Part shown: one piece after another, positions 1 through 8,454 of the stretch
How the letters are laid out: every line of letters begins with the position of its first letter
Position numbering within the stretch: the stretch's first letter is position 1
Assembly (NCBI GenBank): GCA_000388065.2
Contig: KB932207.1
DNA from: Fonticula alba ATCC 38817
Lineage: Eukaryota; Protista; Nucleariida
Length of the DNA stretch: 22,652 bases
Direction: 5' to 3' (one strand)
The notes under the pieces: generated by a model
The model's input: the letters and a program-made list of their open reading frames with translations, nothing else
The model's database searches: none
Told to the model about the DNA's origin: nothing
Position numbers and translations under genes: made by a program

Positions 1-644
1 TTCTTTTTATTGATCATCTTTTTTGGATGGCCCGCCGCCAGTGGGGGCCTCCCAAGAGAGACATATGACATATCTGGGGGGGGGGGGGAGCAGGACAGCC
101 GGCCGCGGGGTGGCCGCGGTGGCGGCGGTGGATTTTATGCATGTTGCCGTGGGCAGGGCGGGGAGCGGGGCGGGGGGAGCCATTTGAATGTGAGTTGTTT
201 CCCGGCAGATCGCGGTGTCGGCGGCGGCCGCGCCGGTCGCGGCCGGCGGGGGCTTTTTGACGTGCGCCGGCTTGTGCGGGCCGCCCGCCTGGGCAAGGCC
301 AGCCCCTGGGCAAGCGGACGCCTCCCGGCCGAGGATGGGGGAGCATCAGCCCCCTGTTCTCGCCTGCTGCAGGGGCGATGACAGATTTCGTCTGCGATGC
401 CCCCCCGCCTCCCGCCCATCCTGGCCAATCAAAATGTGACATCATCTAGTAACTAACGGGCCGGGGCGACCGGCCAGGCCGGCGGTGGGTGCAGTTGATC
501 TAGTAGAGTCCATGGGTAACATGGGCCCGAGGGGCGGGCGAGGGCCGAGGGGACCAGGTCGATCGCACTGTTCACTTTTGTGTCACCGCCCGGACTGTCG
601 CGCTGCTTCCGGGCTCTGCGCGCGCGTCCACTGTTCCCAGTTCA

Positions 645-676
<32 letters not shown>

Positions 677-792
677 CCCCCCCCCTACCCCCGCGCATAC
701 CCTGTCTCCTCTCCCTGCATCGGACCCATTCTTTCGCCCTCCTCCCAGCCCCTCCCGCCTACTCCTTCGCCCCTTTCCTTCCAGCCGCCGCC

Positions 793-3700
793 ATGACCAC
801 CGCCGCTGCCAAGCCCAACAGCAAGGACAAGAAGGACCAGGTGTCGCCTGCCAAGACCACCGAGCCGGCCATTGTCCTGAAGCTTGACTTCTACAGCGGT
901 ACTGCCTGCACCTTCTGCCCTTTCTTTTCCCGCCCCTTCGACTGCCTTTCCCATCGCAGCCGCGGGTCCCGGGCTGACACGCTCCCCCTCCCCCTCCTGT
1001 CACCATCCCCCGCGGTCCGCCCGGACAGAGCTTCTGCATCTCATTTCGCTCATCGAGCGGGCCGCTTCGTCCGGTACGCACAGCGGAGACTCGCGCCTGG
1101 CCGCTCGCGCTCTGCGTGCTCTGCCGGCCGTCCGCCGCCGCACCGGTACCCTTGCTCTGCAGAGCTTCCTCAATGATCGCCTCGTGAGCGGTGCGCCCAG
1201 CCCCATGTCTGCTACCCCCGGCCCCCCTCTTTGCGCCTGATTCCCCGGCACGCCTCGCTTCCCCCCGCCTCCCCTGCGCCCCCCCCCCCACAGTTGCCCT
1301 AACATGCCTCTCCTGGCGCCTTGCCCAGACTCCGACATCCATGCGCAGATCACCTCCATCATCAAGAAGGTACGGCCTTTGCCCGCAGGCCGCCCGGTTC
1401 TCGTGACGCCCACTCGGCCAGCCAGTCGGCCAATGGGGGATCCCCCTTTCCTGACCGTGCCTTTCTCTGCTTCATTCCCCCTCCCCCCCCCCGTCGACAT
1501 TTGCCCCTCCTGTGTCTGTCCCCGCACCTAGTCCGACCCCGCCCTGCATGGTGGCGACAGCGTCACCCCTGCCAAGTCCCTCCAGAGCGTCCTTCAGGCT
1601 GCCGCTGCCGCCACCGCCGCCACCGCGGCTGGCGATGCGGCCGCCAAGGACAAGGACAAGGACAAGGATGTGGAGATGAAGTCGGCCGAGGGGCCCGGCA
1701 CCGGCACCAGTGCCACCACCCCCAGCGCCGGCACCGCCCCCGGCACGACCCCGACCAAGGACAAGGAGTCCAAGCAGGTAACCCATGTGGTCCACGCGCC
1801 GCCGCATGTCAGCGGCACCGCCGAGTCCTCGCTCTTCATCGGCCTTGTGGCGCTGGTTTTCCTGCTGGACAAGAACCGCTCGGAGGAGGTGCGCTCCTGG
1901 TGTCTCCCCGGGCTGCCTGGCTCGTTTGCCGGACCCCTCGCCCCTTCCCCATGATGCCCGCCGCCATCGGCCCGTCGCCCCCCCCCCCTTCCTCCCTGCT
2001 CACTCTCCGGTTGTTCTTCCGCGCGCTCCCCCCCCCCTCCCCCCTGCTTCCCCTTCCAGGCTGGCTGGCTGTCGGAGCTGCTGCTGGCCAAGTGCGCCTC
2101 GCTGCCCCTGCGCTCGATGGACCCGCTCTATGCCAAGATTGTTTTCTACCGCGCGCGTGCCCTCGAGGCCACGCAGAACCAGACCAGCATCCGCGCGCCC
2201 TTTTTCTCGCTCCTCCGTGTGGCCACCGAGCGCCACCTGGATGAGACGCGTTCGGTGTGCCTGAATGAGCTCCTGCGGGCATTCATCAGCGCGCGGTCCT
2301 TCGACACGGCCGAGCAGCTGGCCACTCTGGCCGCCAGCCAGGCCTCCGGCACCGGGATTGCCTCGGCTCGCGATGCCAAGTCCGGGACGGCCAACGGCGG
2401 CCCGGTGGACCTGCCCAGCGCCTCGCCCGGGAACTCCACCCAGTCCAATGACACGCCGATGCTGGCCCTGCCGGCGGCCGCGTCCGGCCCGCAGCACGCG
2501 CGTTTCCATTTCTACGTCGGCCGCATCCGGGCCATCCTGCTGGACTACTCGGACGCCCTCCGCCATCTGAATCTGGCTGCTCGCCGTGCCCCGCAAATTC
2601 AGATCGCCGCCGGCTTCCAGCAGCATGTGGCCAAGTTCCATGTTGTCGTGCAGCTCCTGATGGGCGAGATCCCGGAGCGCTCGCTCTTCTGTGAGCAGTT
2701 CCTCAGCCGGCCGCTCGTGCCGTACTTCCAGCTGACGCAGGGTGCGTGTGCCCGCGGCAGGAGTGACCCTCGGCGAGAGCCAGCCTGTTGTCTTTTCCGG
2801 GCCAGCCTTTCTTCCCTCCTCCCCGCGCACTCTCTCTCTCTCTCTCTCCCATTCGTTGCCCTGACATCTTTGCCCCCCAATCACGGCCCCAACACATTTC
2901 CCCGTGTGTGTGTGTGTGTGTGCGTGCCATGCTACGCCACCGTCAGCTGTGCGCACTGGTGACATGCGTCTCTTCCGCGAGACCTTGGCCAAGTACTCGC
3001 ACCTCTTTACGGCCGACGGCACCATGACTCTGATTCGTCGGTACGTGGTCTTGCCCCCCCCCCCCCCCCCCGCCCCGCCCCGCTCTTCCTCCTCTCCTCT
3101 CTCGTGATTCGCCTGCGGCCTTCTGTTTCCCTGTCCCCCCGCAGCCACGCTGACGCATCTCCCCACCCGTCTCCCCTCTCGCACTTTGCCCCACCGTCCT
3201 TCCCCTGCACCCATAGTCTGCATCACACCGTCATCAAGGCCGGCCTGCGCGTGCTCGCCTCCGCGTATACCCGCATTCCGCTTGAGCTGGTCGCCAAGAA
3301 GCTGGGTCTGGTCACGGCCGACGCATCTGCTGCCGATCTGGCCGCCGCGCGTGACAACGTCGAGGCCATCGTCGCCCGAGCCATCCGTGACAATGTCATC
3401 GCCGCGGAGATCGACCACGAGGGGGGATTCCTGCAGACCAAGGTGCGACACTGCCTTCCTCCCTTCCTTCCTTCTGCTCTTTCGTTTGGTTTCTCCCTTT
3501 GCCGCTCTCTGTTCCTTCCCCGCGCCCCTCCCCCCCCCCTCCGATCTGCTCCGGGGCTCGGCTCGCCGCTCACCTCATTGCCACACCGCTCCCTTTGCCA
3601 CCCACAGGACGAAGTGAACAACTACACAACCAACAAAACAAAACACGTGTATCGCCAGCGCGTGGACTACTACATGGCCCTGTACAATGCCTCGGTCAAG

Positions 3701-3874
3701 GCGCTGCGCTTCCCGGACGAGTCGTCCAAGGACACCGACGAGGTGGACCCCGAGAAGGAGGAGGAGCGTCGGGCCAAGGACCAGCTGGTCAACCGCCTGA
3801 GCTATCCCCACGACATGGACACCGACGATGAGGATGACGTGTTGCTCGACGAGGACGACGAGTCGGACTTCTAA
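793..3874 (+). CDS. RPN3: 26S proteasome regulatory (lid) subunit Rpn3/PSMD3; 8 exons, 644 aa
   Basis: Exons 793-898, 1029-1190, 1329-1369, 1532-1888, 2060-2741, 2947-3040, 3217-3442 and 3608-3874 join through GT-AG introns with matching phases (1935 nt, 645 codons, TAA at 3872-3874). The protein has Rpn3 motifs: ARALRALP, MDPLYAKIVFYRARALE, ARFHFYVGRIRAILLDYSDA, VVVQLLMGEIPER, PYFQLTQAVRTGD, PCI-domain RLHHTVIKAGLRVLASAYTRIPL and IVARAIRDNVIAAEID, and C-terminal NASVKALRFP. Confidence 0.96.
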
Positions 3875-4073
3875 GCCCGCATGCGTGCCTTCCCCCCCTC
3901 GGCGAAATCCATCCACACTTGCCGCGCTTTTCTCCCGTGTGGTGTGCATGCGCACACACCCCCCCCCCCCCCCCCCACCACCCCCCCCCCACCCCCCCCC
4001 CCCCCACCCTCTCACATACACATATATCTTTCCTTCATTTTGTTCTCCTTTGCTTTCAGGTGTGCCGTGTGCA

Positions 4074-4168
4074 TCCAAAGGGAGGAAGGGGCAGGGGGCG
4101 TGCTCTTGGTCTAGAGCCGGAGGGCGGCCTGGGGGGGAGTTTCCGCCACCGGCTTTCCTCCTGCGTCG
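4074..4168. repeat. 95-bp sequence identical to 8513-8607 (copy 1, ends at an N gap)
   Basis: The stretch tccaaagggaggaagggg...ggctttcctcctgcgtcg matches 8513-8607 base for base. Both copies lie just downstream of long poly-C tracts. Confidence 0.95.
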
Positions 4169-4623
4169 NNNNNNNNNNNNNNNNNNNNNNNNNNNNNNNN
4201 NNNNNNNNNNNNNNNNNNNNNNNNNNNNNNNNNNNNNNNNNNNNNNNNNNNNNNNNNNNNNNNNNNNNNNNNNNNNNNNNNNNNNNNNNNNNNNNNNNNN
4301 NNNNNNNNNNNNNNNNNNNNNNNNNNNNNNNNNNNNNNNNNNNNNNNNNNNNNNNNNNNNNNNNNNNNNNNNNNNNNNNNNNNNNNNNNNNNNNNNNNNN
4401 NNNNNNNNNNNNNNNNNNNNNNNNNNNNNNNNNNNNNNNNNNNNNNNNNNNNNNNNNNNNNNNNNNNNNNNNNNNNNNNNNNNNNNNNNNNNNNNNNNNN
4501 NNNNNNNNNNNNNNNNNNNNNNNNNNNNNNNNNNNNNNNNNNNNNNNNNNNNNNNNNNNNNNNNNNNNNNNNNNNNNNNNNNNNNNNNNNNNNNNNNNNN
4601 NNNNNNNNNNNNNNNNNNNNNNN
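4169..4623. other. Assembly gap (455 N)
   Basis: Run of N, followed by a G homopolymer. Confidence 1.
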
Positions 4624-4740
4624 GGGGGGGGGTGCGTTCTCCTTTTGGCAGCCCGCAATTCGGATGACCGCGAGAAAAAGCCCCAGCCGGGGCAGGTTCC
4701 AACGGATCGCCCTCGGCGGGCCCCACCTGCTGCTCGGCAT

Positions 4741-4846
4741 TGTGTGTGCATGTGTGTGAGTATGCATGTGTGTGAGTGTGTGTGTGTGCGTGTGTGTGTG
4801 CGTGTGCGTGTGCGTGTGCGTGTGTGCGTGTGTGCGCGCGTGTGCG
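4741..4846. repeat. Imperfect (GT/GC)n alternating purine-pyrimidine microsatellite upstream of IRC3
   Basis: About 105 bp of tgtgtg/tgcgtg units with a few interruptions, ending about 240 bp before the IRC3 ATG. Confidence 0.9.
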
Positions 4847-5088
4847 GAGGGCTACTCGGGGCAGGGGGGTCCTTGCGATCTGCCAGGTGGAGGTGGGCTG
4901 GCTGACCCGGGCGGGGGCCGGATGGGTGTCCCCTCATCAGCCGGGGGGGCGACCGCCGCCAGGCCGGGAGGGAGGCGATCGCACCGGTCTCCCCTTTCCA
5001 CCTATCCTGCTTGCCTTGCTTTTGCTCTTCCCTCTCCTCGGACCTTGCTCTGGCCATCCCTCGCATCGCGCACTACCAGCACGCAGTC

Positions 5089-7488
5089 ATGCTTTCCTGG
5101 CGGGTGCTTGGCATGCAGGCCGGTCGGCATTCCGCCTGGTGGAGCCGACCAGCTGCACCGAGCACCGCGCGGCTGTGCCGGGCCTTTGCCGCCGCCGCCA
5201 TCCCGAAGCCGAAGCCGAAGCCGGCCGTGTCCGAGCCGCCGGCAGCCCCGGCCGATTCGACATCCTTCCTGGATAACCTGCTTGCGCAGCACCGCCGAAG
5301 CACCCGCGAGGAGAAGCCGGCAGCCCACTTGTCGCATCTGCCCTCGCCGGCGGGGGCCCCCTCGGTGAAGGCCTTCGTCGCAAGTGCGCCGGATCAGCCG
5401 CCCGCCCCGAGCCCTGTCCGCGGCGCGAGGGCTGGTGCCTCTCCCCTGCTGGAGAAGCTTGTCACCTTTTCCCAGTACCCGGATGCCTCGGTCTTTACCA
5501 GGATGCAGCCGTCCGGGCTCAGCACCGAATCCGTCGTCCCATGGACGCCGGAGCTCCAGAAGTTCATGGCTTTTGCCGAGGGCCACCCGAGCATTGGAAC
5601 GGCCCTTCACCAGTATGTTGCCCAGGAAATTGGCTTCGACGCAGAGTCCTCGGGGGAAGCCCCCCCCGAGGACCCGGCCGCCGACGCGGAGAAGGACATC
5701 CTGGAGCGGACAATCTCCCCGAAGCATGCTCACCATGCCCAGGCGTATGCGAAGCTGCTCGGCCAGCCGACAGCGCCGCCACTGCCGCGCTTCGAGAGTT
5801 TCCTCCGAGACTACCAGGCGGATTGCATCAATGCCTCGTTGGCGGCCCTCTTCGAGCTGGGCGAGCGCCGACAGGCGGTGTCCCTGCCGGTGGGGTCCGG
5901 CAAGACGGTCATCATGGCCGGGGTCGTGGGCCGGATGATCTTGCGGTATGAACGCGCGGACGAGCGCCGGGCCCGGCTGACCGGCCTCATGGGCAAATTG
6001 CATCACGCGGATCTGGCTCCTCAGCTCGTTCCCACCGGGCAGCGGGCTCTGGTGCTGGCCCATCGCGAGGAGCTGCTTGCCCAGGCGGCCAGACGCATTT
6101 CCGGGGCCTTCCCCCAGCTGACGGTGGAGGTCATCCGCGGCACCGCCCGGCCCTCGGCCAAGGCCAAGCCCCCGGCGGCCCATGTGGTCGTCGGGTCGGT
6201 GGCCAGTCTTGGTCGCAGTGGCCCGAATGGCAGCTTTTCGCCGCGTTTGCGCGCGCTGAACCCGGCGGATTTCGATCTGATCATCATTGATGAGGCGCAT
6301 CATTCGGCGGCCCAGGTGTACCAGCGCATCCTGGAGTACTTCCTTGGGGCCCCGAAGTTGGTGGCCAAGTCCGGGGCCGACCCGGAGCCGGCGGATCCCG
6401 ACGCGCCTGCCAGCGAGCATGAGGACGAGTCGGCCCCTTCGGCGGCCGAGGCCCGGGCCAACTCCCCTGGGGCCGATCTTTTGCACGCGCCCAATCCCGA
6501 CATCCTGTTGTGGGGCTGCTCGGCCACCCTGCGCCGGCATGATGGCCTGGCCCTGAATTCCATCTTCAACGCCATCATCTACCACCAGGGGTTCGTGCGA
6601 ATGCTGGAGCTGGGATGGCTGGCGCCCATGCGCATGCTTTCCGTCAGGACGCAGCTGGAGATGAAAAACGGCCTGGCCATGACGGCCGGGACCGACTTCA
6701 ATTTGTCCTTCCTCGAGCGGCAGCTCAATGTCCCGGCGCGGAATCGCCTCATCGTGGACACATACCTGTCGGAGGTCCGGGCCAAGGGCCGCCGGAAGAC
6801 CCTGGTCTTCGCGGTGGACATCCGCCATGTCAACAGCCTGATCGAGGCCTTCAATGAGGCCGGCATCGAGGCCGCCGGCATCACGGCCGCCACGCCGGCC
6901 CCCGAACGGGAGCTTTTGATGTGTCGCTTCGCCCTGGCCGACCAGGCGCTCGATGGTGCCGGGCAACTTGGCCCGGGGGGTTCCCTCCCGGGTGATCAGT
7001 CGGCCTCCGAGCCGGCGGCCGATGACGGCCAAGTGTGGGCCCATCCAGCGGCGTCTGCTGCCGCTGGCGGCCATACCTCCAGACGGCCCCTGCCGGTGCT
7101 GATCAATTGCACTGTCCTGACCGAGGGCACGGATGTGCCGTTTGTGGATTCCATCCTGCTCGCGCGGCCGACCCGGTCACCGGTGCTCTTCATGCAGATG
7201 CTGGGCCGGGGCCTGCGCCTTTTCCCCGGCAAGAAGGACTGCCTGTTTGTGGACTTCGTGGATTTCATCGACGAGGCCAACATGTCGGCAGCCATCGGCC
7301 TGCCGACCCTCTTCGGCCTGGATCCGTCTGAGGTTACCTTTGATGGGAGGCAAACCAGCGGCCAATTTATCAACAACCAGGACGTCCTCTCCTTCCTGGG
7401 TGACCAGCGCAGCAAGCTGGAGCGGTGCGCCCTCTCTTGTTCCTCCCTCCTTCCCCCTGCCTCTCGCTACGGGGCCCGTCCCTCCCTC

Positions 7489-7536
<48 letters not shown>

Positions 7537-8342
7537 CTCCTGTCCTGCCTCTGCTTCGCTGACGGGCGGTCATGCTCTTGTCACTTGTCCCTCCTTTGCC
7601 CATCTCCGCCTCTGCTGGTGCCCCTCCGGCTCGATGTTTATGCCGGCGCTTGGGCTGCGCACTTCTCGCCTGGTATGCGAGCAGCTTGCTCCTGGATAGC
7701 TCTTTCGCAGCGCACAAGCGCCTGTTCGAGCTAAACCCCCTGGCTCTCTTGTCGACCCAAAGCACGGAAATCCGCGCGTCCGGCAAGAGATCCCAGACGC
7801 GACAGGTGGCCAACTTCGCCTTCCGCCGGGCGGATCTTCTCAAAATGTCCCCGTTCGAGTGCGTCCCATCCCCCGCCCGCCCACCCAGGGCCGATGGAGC
7901 TGCCCACTGGCATCCACTATCTCACCGTGTCCTCCTCTTCCCCCTCCCCCTGCCCTTCCTCGTCATCAGCTGGGTCTGTGTTCCCAACCCCGATACCGGA
8001 GAGGACGACTTCCTCCTAAACATGGGCAACTCCAATACCCTGCGCATTCAGAAGTTCCCCCCGCCGGATCCCGAGCTGCTGCCTCTTCTCGAGAAGCAGG
8101 CCAAGGAGAAGGGCCTTTCCAAGTTGATGGAGCGCGTGCGTGCCCAGCGTCTGAAGGAATACTCCGAGGGCATGGAGATCTTGCGCAAGACAGGATCACC
8201 ACGATTGGACTCCTACTACGGCGAGCTGGTCACCTCCCGCAAGGGGATCATCAGCCTCAGACGTCTGCCCTTGACTGCGGACTCCGTCCGGTCGGCGATC
8301 AATGCGGCTGACCATTGGGTGTCGGCCAACACGCCCAGTACG

Positions 8343-8396
<54 letters not shown>

Positions 8397-8423
8397 TCTA
8401 TCCCCCCCCCCCCCCCCCTCCCC

Positions 8424-8454
<31 letters not shown>

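Noticed and set aside
105-135. GGTGGC repeats as Rpn4 PACE elements for RPN3
   Set aside because: They lack the AAA tail of GGTGGCAAA, are expected by chance in GC-rich DNA, and lie about 670 bp from the ATG.
1-790. Several 70-140 aa ORFs upstream of RPN3
   Set aside because: They are G/R/P-rich products of GC-rich DNA with no motifs and no consistent splice structure; more likely promoter or intergenic sequence.
1778-1812. CAG/GTAACC as an intron donor in RPN3 exon 4
   Set aside because: The nearby acceptor would shift the frame, and read-through keeps the Rpn3-like AESSLFIGLVALVFLLD helix in frame.
5002-7074. 690-aa minus-strand ORF and other long ORFs overlapping IRC3, RPN3 and the thiolase
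   Set aside because: Antisense shadow frames caused by high GC3; no recognisable motifs.
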